Shown: piece after piece, positions 1 to 11,210 of the stretch
Numbering within the stretch: position 1 is the first letter of the stretch
Layout: the number at the start of each line of letters is the position of its first letter
Assembly (NCBI RefSeq): GCF_002105155.1
Contig: NW_019029011.1
Location: 248,001 to 312,000 of the forward strand
Source: Lobosporangium transversale
Lineage: Eukaryota
Direction of reading: 5' to 3'
DNA: 64,000 bases
The notes under the pieces: model-generated
The model's database searches: none
Seen by the model: only the letters and a program-made list of their open reading frames with translations
Told to the model about the DNA's origin: nothing
Translations under genes and position numbers: made by a program

Positions 1-48
1 AACCTGTAGAAGTGGTTGATTCATTGCGATCGAGATGGAATCAGGTAC
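1..48 (-). other. Possible exon of a minus-strand gene running off the window edge
   Basis: Minus strand shows a pyrimidine tract and CAG acceptor (49-51) followed by ...GCAATGAATCAACCACTTCTACAGGTT (MNQPLLQV...). A candidate GTGAGT donor lies at 3874-3869, on the far side of the hAT element. Confidence 0.3.
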
Positions 49-108
49 CTGTGAAAACAAGAAAGATGAGTTTCTCTTTTTTTTATGGTGGTTGCAAGCT
101 GTAGTGAT

Positions 109-415
109 CTAAGCTGGAAGCGAAGCAGCAGCGATTTTTGAGAACAAGCACGTGCTGGTTAATTTTTTCAGCATGCTGGTTCAATTTTTCAGCATGCTGG
201 TTCGTTTTTCCAGCATGCTGGTTCGATATTTCAGCATACTTGTTAAAATTTATTAAAATTTTTAACTTGCATAACCAAGTGCTCCTCCATGCACTGCTAC
301 CTCAGAATCTCGAGCATCAATAAAAGCTTGATTACTCACAGCTACAGAATGGATAATCCTCATTCAAACATTTGTCAGTTTTGTATATGCACATGCCTAA
401 AAAAAGATGTCAGCC
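109..415. repeat. Left TIR of hAT element (307 bp; 312 bp allowing one mismatch)
   Basis: Reverse complement of 3530-3836 with constant coordinate sum 3945, so no indels. Explains the twin ORFs 138..323(+) and 3622..3807(-). Confidence 0.95.
146..241. repeat. 21-bp-period array of palindromic CAGCATGCTG units inside the TIR (mirrored at ~3704-3799)
   Basis: CAGCATGCTG at 169, 190 and 211; degenerate copies at 232 (CAGCATACTT) and 147 (AGCACGTGCT). Confidence 0.9.
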
Positions 416-611
416 GTAGTCACCCTTCATTGCCTCTTCACAAAAAAACAAAAATGGCGTGCTAACTGCAGCTGGTGGAACAGAAAGGTTTTCATGCTAC
501 ACAAAACCAAACACCAATTGAATGCTACAACGTTGCCTTTATCTTCTTTATCTTCTTTATCTTCTTTCCATTGTTACCCGTTTTACTTTCACACAAAATC
601 TTTAAGAAATA

Positions 612-2212
612 ATGGCAAATCATACACATGATCCTCTTCACCAGGATGAGAATGGAGAACAGGGGTATGAGGATGAGGATGAAGATGAGGATGAGTATGA
701 GGATGGACACGAGGAGGGGAATGAGTATCAGGAGGAGCACACCAGTGACGAGGAAGAGACCCTTATACCTCGCCGAAATCAAATCGAACGAAGAATGCAA
801 CTCCAGAAAAGTCTTCCAGCAAATAGAATCGATTCTCCCCAAACTAGTGATGCAGCCTACAATGGCGAATCGTTCGAGACGCAAGATATGCCGTGTGATG
901 AGCTTGAGGTACTAGACTCCTATCTTGGTGCGAACCCAATCTCGTCTTCATCCCAGACGATGAGACCCATGGTAAGCATTGGTCGCGAAAAGAGGAGGTT
1001 CATCAAAACTTCTTCTCCTCCCGGTGGATTTGCGCAATCGGTTCATCATGCCAGACCAAGGACGTTTGGACGTTCTCAATCATCAACAGCTTTGCCTACA
1101 TCACGTTATAATCATACGCTACTTGCTGCACAGCAAGCCCCACTGTCATCTCTCCGTTCATCCAACAGCTTCTCCCAATATCGGGAGTCAAAACCAGGCC
1201 CATCTTCAGTCTCCTCGATTTCTACATTGAGCTCCACGCAACAGCGCAATATTTACGCGTTCAAGATCTATTAATCTTCCCTCTTTTGACTTTACACGTG
1301 CCATTGATGCTGAAGCATTGGCCAACCGGCGGAGAGAGCTGAGGGATAGTCATTTTGCATCAAACGGATGGTATGATTTGTACGAGTTACTGGATTTTGG
1401 TACCATTCCTACGCCAGAACAATTCTCTGACGCCCCTCCCTCTCAAAAAGCATTAGCCCTGATTCCAAATCAAAAATCCTTTCGCAAAAACAGCGTGATT
1501 GGTCATTTTTTCAAATCAAGCAAGGAAGAATTCCAGTGTCTGGTCCTGAAAGATGGAGTAATCTGTGGTACTACATACAAGAAAACTGGGAGTGGATATT
1601 CAAGATCTGTTCACTTAACTCAGTGCCATGGCGATTTATATAGTGCCCTCCAAGAATTTCGCAATTGTCAGAGCAGGGTTAAAGGTATCATGCTGCCACC
1701 TGATCCGGAAGAAGTTGACGTGGCTCCACCAAGAAAGGCAAAATTCGACATCGCACGAGATGAGATTGTTAATGAGAGCCTCAAGAAGCCGCTCCCTCAT
1801 GAACAAGAAGCATTCGAGGATACGCTTTTACTGCAGTTAATTCGACGATCTTCAGATCAATCATTGAAATGACCAATCCTTATTTCAATATCCCTACCAC
1901 AATGGCTATGCAAGACAGGATGGATCGACGAGTTCGAGAGATGAGACGCGAAATCAAAGAGTACATTACCTATTATAAGCTTTACGCTGCCGTCACGACA
2001 GATTGCTGGACAAGCGTCGATCACAGGAAGTTCTTGGGGACTACAATGCATTTTTTCACGCCAAATTTCGAGCCAGTATCTATTGCAATAGGGATGGAAC
2101 AAGTCTATGGGGTGCAAACATCCCAAAATATTCACCGGAAGTTTGGTAAGTGAAATGCTGATACATCTGCCCCTTATCTTTATATTTTCATAAGTATTGC
2201 AACGTTCTTAAC

Positions 2213-2244
<32 letters not shown>

Positions 2245-3465
2245 TGGTCTTTTGATTCATTTACCAGCTGAGGCTATTGATAGCATGGATATGAGCGAAA
2301 GACTCATTTGCGTAACAACAGACCAAGGTGCTAATATAAAAAAAGCGATAGCTCTCTACCAAGAAGATCACAAGGGGGTGCACTGGTTGGCATGCGCCTC
2401 ACATAAGATCCAGCTTTGCATCAATAAGTCTTTGGAGCTATGCGAGCCCGCTAAGAAATTATTGGACAAGTGCCAAGATATTTCAGTTTTTTTCAGAGGC
2501 AATGCCGCGGCGATGTCTATCTTAGTGGAAGAACAGGAAGGCAAGGGTGCCAAGTTGCTGTCGAGGAACATTACAAGATGGAACTCCCAGTACAAGATGG
2601 CAAATAGAGTGCTACTTTACTCTCAAGCAATTTCTCGCACCTACCATCGCATGGAATCCTCCGAAAAAGGGAGATAAGGTTGAAAGCAAAGGAATTAGAG
2701 TCAAACCTACTCGATCGTGATGAGGTCAAAGCTCTCCGTGAAATCATTCATATGATGACAGATGCAGTCAAATTCACTGAATGGGTGGGCAGTACCGACC
2801 ATCCAAAACTGTCACAAATGTATGTGAAGTTGAAAGAGTTGCTACCGGACTCTCGCACATACGACACCGAGACGGCACAGGAGCTCTGGAGAAACCTTAA
2901 CAGGCTTATCAATACGATGTGGGCCGTGGATGACATTCCCGATGTTATGCTCATATCGCTATTCCTGAACCCGGTGACCTTGAGTATCATTAAAGACATA
3001 ATGACAACCAATGGTGACTCTCTCAGGAAGAAAGCTCTAGAGGTGACCAGAGATGCAGCAAAAAAGTTTGCCGCCACCCAAGATGGAGCATGTTGGGATC
3101 AACTTCCTCTTTTGGAACAAGAATATTACCATTCGATAGTTAGTGTCGATATGGTATATTATGATGCGTCTATTTCAAGAACGCCGATGATGGACATCGC
3201 GCGTTTTGCTCTTACTCCTGAGCTTTACTGGAAGGAGCAAAAGGACAAGGGATTAAGAGGAATGGATTATATTGCTCCATTTGCACGAGCATACCTTTCT
3301 GTCCAGGCTACTTCCAATGATTCTGAAAGGTTATTCAGCAGAGCCGGATGGATCCTGTCTGCACGCAGAAACCGAATGACCAATCAAAACTTCCGTAGCA
3401 TCATATTTTATCACAGCTTTGTCTCTGCCCTGAAAAAATTACAGAGTTGTAGCAGTAGCAGCTAA
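612..3465 (+). pseudogene. hAT transposase (acidic/Ser-rich N-terminus, BED finger, DDE core, hATC dimerisation region) with ~3 frameshifts
   Basis: BED-like C..C..HLTQCH; TTDCWTS (first D); VTTDQGANIKKA (second D); CASHKIQL (CxxH); TRWNSQY; LSVQATSNDSERLFSRAG (E). Intron 2146-2267. Frame breaks near 1250, 1822 and 2668. Confidence 0.9.
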
Positions 3466-3529
3466 CTTTTTTATTAAAATAAAGGACTTCTATGGCAACG
3501 CTTAATTTCTAAAACAGATGCCAAACTAT

Positions 3530-3836
3530 GGCTGACATCTTTTTTTAGGCATGTGCATATACAAAACTGACAAATGTTTGAATGAGGATTATCCATTCTG
3601 TAGCTGTGAGTAATCAAGCTTTTATTGATGCTCGAGATTCTGAGGTAGCAGTGCATGGAGGAGCACTTGGTTATGCAAGTTAAAAATTTTAATAAATTTT
3701 AACAAGTATGCTGAAATATCGAACCAGCATGCTGGAAAAACGAACCAGCATGCTGAAAAATTGAACCAGCATGCTGAAAAAATTAACCAGCACGTGCTTG
3801 TTCTCAAAAATCGCTGCTGCTTCGCTTCCAGCTTAG
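3530..3836. repeat. Right TIR of hAT element
   Basis: Reverse complement of 109-415. Confidence 0.95.
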
Positions 3837-3938
3837 CTTCATAAACAAGAGCCCTTAAGTTGAGTGATACTCACATTTTTGTGATTTGGTCCACTTTCTC
3901 AAAGCGCATTCACAGTTTTCTACATTTAAATAGCACAC

Positions 3939-5946
3939 ATGCGTCTGGTAACAATGTGTACAGCGCAGGACACGACTTGAGCTCAAAATGTTTAACCATG
4001 TCCCTACTCATCTTCAAGTTCATAAATTTTCTTGTAGACGTCGCTTTTGCCGGATGGAGAGCCCAATTGTCTGATGCTCAAGCTCAGGCAAATGCTAATC
4101 CTTCTTGACTGTGGTCTTGGTCAAGAGCAGTTTTACGCAATGCCTGTGAGAGAGGGTGGACTAACAGATGATAACAAAGATTCTATACAATCAGGACAGC
4201 CGTTGGGTGCCACTACGGCTGCTAGTGATTCAGCCCTCAAACGAAAGCAAGCTGGTTCCACCGAAGTATCAGATATTCGGCAAGACTGGGCATCATTTCT
4301 GAAAGCTTCTAGCACACAGCTCCTTCAAAAAAAAAGGAGACGAGGATCAACTGTAGACGCATCTACAGCAGCCTCCTCTACTGCTGGCGCAATGATAGGG
4401 ACTTCAAATGTCGACACAAATGATCCAGGAGTCACGTCAACAAGCAAATCATCGCAAAGCTCTGCGACTCGGGAATACATGTTTAAGTTACCTGACTTTT
4501 CAGGCGTAGATTTTAAATCAATCGATGTGGTTCTCATCTCCAACTATAATCACATACTGGCACTTCCTTACTTGACTGAGTTTACGGACTTCCAGGGCAG
4601 GATATTCGCTACGGAGCCAACTATTGAATTCGGGCGGTATGCTTTTGTTACGATTTATGACTCCGTCTTGTTCAATTATTCCGACCTCTGCGGAGCCATT
4701 AAATAGAATAGTCTATAACAAATCCCCATCATTGAATCATTCATCCGTAGACAGCTGATGACAGAGTTTGTGTCCTTCTTTGGGACGAGTGTCACATCCA
4801 GTCCGCATGATTTTATTGATAGGAAAAAGCTGGTGGCACGATCAGGGTCAGGACTCTTTCCAGCGTATACCCATTCAGACATAAAAGCCTGTATAGACAA
4901 GATTCAGCCAGTCCGCTTTCGTGAACACATTGTAGGTACTCCACTTTCGCCTTCATAGCTTTAGGTTTCTGATTAATCAGCCTTACTGAACCTCTATACA
5001 TGCTATAGGCGCTCTATGGATCACTCAAGTTGACGGCTCACAGCGCCGGATATTGTCTTGGCAGTTCAAATTGGCTAATCCAAATCGGATCAGAAAACGT
5101 AGGACCAAATTGTCTTCTGTGTTGTTGGGATTATAACCTTATCCAGTATGGCTGTATTTCGTCATGAAGCCGTGACACATCCTCTGTTCATTTCTCTACT
5201 ATAGATTGCCTATATTTCATCATCATCAACACAAGTCAATCTCCATCCAGATCTGTTTGATGGAACACTGCTGGAGAACTCGAGCACTATCATTGCAGCC
5301 GACCTTTCACCTAAGGGAAGCATTACTTACGATAGCGGCGTTAATGAGGTTTGTGCCAGTATTGCTCGGACTATCGCACGCAAGGGCCACGTCCTGATTC
5401 CATGCACCATCTCAGGATTTCTTTTTGATCTTTTGGAAGATGTCCATTTGCATCTGAACAGGATGGGACTAATTCACCAGGTCCAATATAGCTTCATCTC
5501 TCCAGTTGCAGAAACCGCATTGCAGTATTCCAATATTTTGGCAGAATGGTATACATACGCCTTTTTCGGGAAGAGAAGCTTTAGGTCATAATAAATATGG
5601 TTTACTAATATTATTGTTTCATCGCCTTTCATATTTCCCTTCATCAAAAAAAAAAAAAAAAAAAAAAGGATGGCTCCTCGTAAACAAGAGATGGTTTATC
5701 TTCCGGAAGCACCGCTACTTCACGGTATCCTTTTGGAAAAGGGACCAGCCAAAAATTATAAAAGCGTGCACGGCGCATTTTCGTCCGACTTAAAATATCC
5801 GTGCGTTGTGTTTGGTGGGCACCCAAGCCTACGGTCAGGGCCTATGGTTAACCTTTTGCATATGTGGGGCAAAAATTCTAACAACTCGATTGTATTTATT
5901 GGTAAGTTCTTTAAGGAATAACAATTATTACGCATTGCTAGTAGGG

Positions 5947-5981
<35 letters not shown>

Positions 5982-6904
5982 AAGGCATATTGTCTCATTA
6001 GAGCCGCGAATCGACGTTCCATCAAGTTTGGAGCCTTACGAAGGACTTGAGATTGGTCGAAATATTTGTCCCTTAGACATTCGGCTTACAATCGATCAGC
6101 TAGTTGAAATTATGAAGAAGCACAGGCATCCAAAACACGTCCTTGTACCAACGCATGTTACATCTACGGGGGCTGACGGCAAAGCAGAACTTGCGGACTC
6201 TAAAGGCACAACCTCTACATCAATTACACAGTGGTCGTCATACAGAGTAGGAGAAGCCAAGCAGCTTGGAATGGGGTCTCTTTACGAGACTGTTCTTCTT
6301 TCGGAAGAGGTATGAGCTAACAAATTACATTACGCGTATCAATTCTAATTTGCATTGAGGCAATGATTCAATTAGAGTTTAAGCCACTTCTGTTTCTTGT
6401 TCCATGTAGCTGGCCAAAGGAGTATATCCACAGGCTTTCGATGGAACATCGCTAGCACCTATTGCAGGATCATTGTCGATATATAATAACCAGATGCAAC
6501 TTGAGCCAGCATCCTTTGCTGGCCGTCAGATTTTGGCACTTTATACCCAGCGACAGCTTCGCGGGGTCATGAACCTTCAAAGCTTACTAACCGGCCTAAC
6601 CAAGGTAATTATTCGATCAGCTAGGACCCTCTTTTGCTTATGTCACTGGTATACACGCTCAAACATATTAGTCTTTTCCCTCTTATAGATTGGCGTTGTG
6701 GACCCGATTGTAACACAGTCCGGGGAGGATTTAGATGATGAAGCTGTCGAGGCTGGAGAAGATCCAGAGATCAAGGTGGAATTTGAACTGGAGGGTCAAC
6801 CGGCCAGCATCATCATTCGTGAACAAGAGACAATTGTGAATTGCGACGAGAACATACGTCCTCTTTTACGTGAGCCAATTCTTAGATGTTTCCAGTCCTT
6901 GTGA
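3939..6904 (+). CDS. INTS9: Integrator complex subunit 9 (metallo-beta-lactamase/beta-CASP fold), multi-exon
   Basis: Exon 1 MRL (3939-3947), then TSLLPDGEPNCLMLKLRQMLILLDCGL; IDVVLISNY..ILALPYLTEFTDFQGRIFATEPT; SAGYCLGSSNW; AEW..KQEMVYLPEAP; PCVVFGGHPSLRSG. These match recalled INTS9 motifs. Confidence 0.9.
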
Positions 6905-7006
6905 TAATAAACAATCAAAACAATTGAAAGTCGCATCTATCTTTTTCTATCCTGATTATTCAAAGAAGGCTTTGAAAGGGAATAGGGAAGCTGACATGAA
7001 GCTGTT

Positions 7007-7614
7007 CTATTGATCTTGCGCAAAATCTGAGCTGGCCTGCATCCATATAGTGACATGATCGCGTCGGAAAGCCTCAAAATCCCACTCTTTTGTTTGATCC
7101 AGATTCCTATGTGATCCCGTAAAAACATACACGTAGGCAGAGATAACGTCTCCAGGCGATAACGGTTCAAACTGTCCTATAACATTGAATGAACCAGGCA
7201 CTGGATCCAGTACTTTGACTGGCAATACTTCTCGTGAATACTCTGAGCCCTCAAATTGATCTAGTCTAAACCGGTCCATCATTGTATGACCAAAAACAAG
7301 CAAGCCATGCACAATGTTGGTCTTGTCCGAAGAAATAATCATGCCAGGGTATGGCTCATTATGATATGGGTAACGGATATATCCCTACACATAAGGTACG
7401 ACATCCACATTAAGGAAGAAACATTAATGTCTATTGTCAAATCAGGCAATGACAACAACTTTCGTATCTGTCACTCAGATGCTCTAACCTCGATCGTGGC
7501 TCGAACTGAATACAGGTTGGATTCTGGTCCTGGACGAGTAACTGAATTCAATACACGGGAATCCATTAAAGACCCGTAGAAAAAACATGGGTATGGTTCG
7601 ATTGCAACAGACAT
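7007..7614 (-). CDS. AIG2-like / gamma-glutamylcyclotransferase-fold protein (2 exons; intron 7488-7385)
   Basis: MSVAIEPYPCFFYGSLM...GYIRYPYHNEPYPGM...LDQFEGSEYSR...AYVYVF...EWDFEAF. Confidence 0.88.
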
Positions 7615-7701
7615 GAGAAAATGAGATTATGTTCAATTAGAGGATTCATTAACCTGCCCTGCTGTATCATAAGGAGGCCAGCGATTTAGGTGTGCTAGGG
7701 T

Positions 7702-7769
7702 TAGGTTCGTCACCAGGAAGCGGACGAAGCGCACGTGTGTACACACGTGCTGCAAGGCTGCCATGCCTA
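7702..7769 (+). mobile_element. Diverged terminal TIR fragment of an older AcademH-type element
   Basis: TAGGTTCGTCACCAGGAAGCGGACGAAGCGCACGTGTGTACACACGTGCTGCAAG aligns without gaps to the start of the 8463 TIR (TAGGCTCGTCACCAGTCTGAGGTCGAAGCTCACGTGCGAACGAACGCGCTGCAAG). Confidence 0.8.
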
Positions 7770-7782
7770 AGATTAAGTAGGC

Positions 7783-8458
7783 GAATTAATCTATTTGACA
7801 ACCCCCCTTAATTATTTTTCTCAATTTTTTTTCTTTGCGTGACAACCCGGGTTGCCAAATAGTAAAATATCTAATTTGACAACCCCAAGCTCACTGTTAT
7901 TTGACAACCCTTTTTTTATTGGCAAGATTACAATGTGAAAATCGCTTCTATTGCTATCCCTCAGCAACACGAAATCCCTCCTGCAATCTAAAAGCTTCCA
8001 TCAAATAACAAACTTTTTTTTTTTGGTTACGAGGTGTTGTTTTTTATTACAACTGATTTCTAAAACAAGGGTTTGCTTTTATAGAAAATGTGCCTATACG
8101 GGTAACATGCACTAAGGGGTTTTTGGATATATAAGCATGCATAAATTCGGAGTGGTTATGCGACGCTTGATGGCGCATGCGTAAGACGCGGAAAGGAAAA
8201 AAAAGAGAGACAGAAGAAGCTATAACCACAGTCATGATAATGGAGTGTTGCCACCATTTTAGAAATCCAGCTGAGAAAGGCCCTCCAAAAGTGCAAGATG
8301 GTGAAGACTTGTCATGTGACAGGTTGAAAAAGACAATTTTTCTTCTTTTTTTGACAACCCGGGTTGTCAAATAACAAAAAAGTGAAAATTGAAGACCTGG
8401 GTTGCCAAATAAGCCGGTGTGACTGCTAAATTAGGGGGGTTGTCAAATAGATTCACCC
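7783..8458. mobile_element. MULE(Mutator)-like MITE, 676 bp
   Basis: About 25-bp TIRs (GAATTAATCTATTTGACAACCCCCC vs rc GGGTGAATCTATTTGACAACCCCCC); 9-bp direct repeat TAAGTAGGC at 7774-7782 and 8459-8467; subterminal TGACAACCC motifs including a 22-bp palindrome at 8350-8371. Confidence 0.75.
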
Positions 8459-8462
8459 TAAG

Positions 8463-9321
8463 TAGGCTCGTCACCAGTCTGAGGTCGAAGCTCACGTGCG
8501 AACGAACGCGCTGCAAGCGGGATTGCCTGTTGAGACAATTTGTGGCCGTCTTGCAGATACTTCTCACTCAGGCTGGGGACAAACATTGCTTATTAGCTGG
8601 ATTCTCCCAAATTTTTTTTTGAATTTTTTTGAAGTCAAAAACCATATGGAAATTCACCTTTTTTACTATGTGTCTCGTCGTCAATTTTTTTTTTTTTTTG
8701 AAAAAGTTTTCCCAATTTTTTTTTTCAAGCCAAATTTTCGAAAGCTCTTGAGGGAAAGCTTGCGCCTTTCCATGGTTTGGAGGATGATAGTCAGGCACTC
8801 ATCAATTTTGTCGTCTTTATCTTCTACGTTGTCATTTTTCTTCAACTTTATTTTATTTTTCTTCAACTTTATTTTCTCTGTAACTTTATTTCTAATTTTT
8901 TTTGGAATGGTAAAGCTGAGAAGCACAAGTGTTGATAGGAGTGAGAAAGAGAAGAAAAAAGAGTGTTAGAGCGAGTGCATACAGCAAATGTCATTTTATA
9001 TTGAAGTGTGGAGGTAGGGTAGTACTCATGGTATAATGATTCGACAACCTTCGGCTTGAAAAAAAAAATTGGGAAAACTTTTTCAAAAAAAAAAAAAAAT
9101 TGACGACGAGACACATAGTAAAAAAGGTGAATTTCCATATGGTTTTTGACTTCAAAAAAATTCAAAAAAAAATTTGGGAGAATCCAGCTAATAAGCAATG
9201 TTTGTCCCCAGCCTGAGTGAGAAGTATCTGCAAGACGGCCACAAATTGTCTCAACAGGCAATCCCGCTTGCAGCGCGTTCGTTCGCACGTGAGCTTCGAC
9301 CTCAGACTGGTGACGAGCCTA
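8463..9321. mobile_element. Non-autonomous long-TIR element, probably AcademH (TAG...CTA termini)
   Basis: 269-bp perfect TIRs 8463-8731 / 9053-9321 (coordinate sum 17784); 321-bp interior. Right flank AGATATAAG (9322-9330) matches left flank AGAT-TAAG (7770-7777) once the MITE is removed. Confidence 0.8.
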
Positions 9322-9372
9322 AGATATAAGAACAATCAAAAAAAATGTCTACCGCCTACCTACAAGACATAG

Positions 9373-11210
9373 ACTGTCTCTCAGTATCTTTTTGGAGCCT
9401 GCTTTCTATCACAAAGCAAGTATATCCAAGACATTGTTCAATGCCACTATAGAGACAATGGGCCTGCTGAAGCTATCGGTCTCTGGCAAAAACAAATGAT
9501 CCGTCCATATCACCGAGAGAGTACCGCTCGTGCCGGTGTCGATTATGCCCTCGAACATATCAAAGGCGAAATGGAACGAGCCTCCCAGGATAAAGCCTTG
9601 CACTTTCCAGCGAATAGCATCACACAGGAAAGGATCGGAGGGTTCGAGCTCGAGTTCGTTAGTGAGGTTTTCAAGGAGAAAGCTCCTGTTTTTCATCGGC
9701 TCCTGTTTTTCATCAGCTCCTAACAGATACTGCGTATACAAACAGTAGTTATTCAAAGGACTCGTCGATAGCTGTACCTATGATTGCCATTGTATTTGCA
9801 TTCCTATGTAACCGTAGATGTAACTATCTTCAGCTGATGCTAGGACTGTATCTGTTCAGTAAGGGGGTTCCGTGGAAAGTCATTACACTTTTAGCGTGCG
9901 CAGGTTTGTCGGTCTCCCATCAGTCCCTCATCAGAGGCATCAGAAGACGCCCTCAGGTATGCCAGGGCCAAGACAAAGGACGGTCCCTTTCTAATTGTCT
10001 ACGACAATATAAATATGACTCACCGCAAGTACAACCAAAGGCTCGACAACCAGGGCTCGTTTGAGAGCGGGACCACAGCGACACTCATTGGCACAAGCGT
10101 AGCTACAGAAGAAGAGCGACACACTGAGTCCGCTCACTGTCTCCAGCTTGAACATTTAATGCCTACGCTAGCGAACGAAAAGCATCTTCGGGAGACAATG
10201 CGATCCCATCTAGTCAGTGTTCTGCGGAGAAACTATGAGCTACAAAGGGGTATCGATACCTGTTCCATCGAAGTTGCTACTTCCGGTCAAAGAAACAGAG
10301 GCTTTCCCATTACCGTCAATGCACATTAACCGGATCACGATTGACGGAAACAAGGATGTCCTGGAAACTATTATGGAGCACACTTTTAATATACCCAGCG
10401 AGTAGTTCAATGGAAAGAGGGTATTAATTGTTAGCGACCAGCTTACAATGAACAGAGTTCGTTCAGTAAAAAGACAGCGTTGCGACGACGTTTCGACCCA
10501 TCACAGGTTCGAGTGGGCGGTCCCTATCATACAGCCTTTTCAACCGCAAATTGAACTTTCTTCAACAATCTTATGTACCCACTATGATGATATAGGAATC
10601 TCTGGATCATTAGCACACTATGCAGCAAAGTTGAGGCGAAAGCGCGTCACCCCTGGTCGGTTTGATTTTCATGCAGTAAATGAGCTTCTCCACATGTTCG
10701 ATGCAATGGTAATTCGCGTATGGGAGTTTGTCCAGGAATGTAAGTACCTAGATGAAGGCTCTATGTTATTTCCTGCAGATGTGCTGCAAGAGCTAAGTGA
10801 ACAGGGTGTGGACAAGATTGTGGACAGGATCTTAGATATGACCAGCCGACCCCGGCTCAACGGAACTGTGTCTGACAATGCTGCTCTATTCATAAGAGAT
10901 ATGTTAATCTACATAGAGTTTTCATCTGCCATCAAGACCGGGGATGTTGGACACATTAGGGAGGTTCTAGTGTGGATTACTGCCATTTGTCACGCTGGAG
11001 GGGCAAAGAATTGCGCATACGAGCTCCTGCATCCTCATTGTGGCCTCAAATACTCCTGGGCCGAGTAGACAAGCCATGCCGTCATGTCTTCTTGGGTAGT
11101 GAACGCTACAGGACAGGAAAATAACTGGATACCTACAGATCTTTTCCAAGAGCACAATAATCTGCTTATCAAAAAGATATGAATGGCAAACGGATCTACC
11201 TAGACCAAAA
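9373..11210 (+). pseudogene. Decayed DUF6589/Academ-type transposase
   Basis: Fragments in order: KAPVFHRLL; NRRCNYLQLMLGLYLFSKG...LSVSH; VYDNINMTHRKYNQRLDNQGSFESGTTATL (~10000); VSDQLTMNRVRS; AIKTGDVG; WVVNATG..NWIPTDLFQEHNNLLIK. Multiple stops and frameshifts. Confidence 0.8.

Larger units (their letters stand above)
109..3836 (+). mobile_element. hAT-superfamily DNA transposon with very long TIRs (defective copy)
   Basis: Perfect inverted repeat 109-415 / 3530-3836 encloses hAT transposase segments. No 8-bp direct repeat flanks it; only TA is duplicated (c-TA-agctgg...ccagct-TA-g). Confidence 0.93.

Noticed and set aside
146..241. CRISPR-like array
   Set aside because: Eukaryotic context, 11-bp similar spacers, lies inside a TIR, no cas genes.
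138..323. Identical 61-aa ORF pair (138..323 and 3622..3807) with SACWF repeats
   Set aside because: By-product of the TIRs and their 21-bp DNA repeat; no evidence of coding.
5947..5975. Intronic poly(A/T) runs as retro-insertions
   Set aside because: No TSDs in the runs inspected; only 13262-13344 shows one.
8496..9288. Twin ORFs MRTNALQAG... on opposite strands
   Set aside because: Translations of the two 269-bp TIRs.
8463..9321. Tc1/mariner-type MITE with a TA TSD
   Set aside because: TAG...CTA termini, the recoverable 9-bp TSD and the adjacent Academ-type genes fit better, though TA is not formally excluded.
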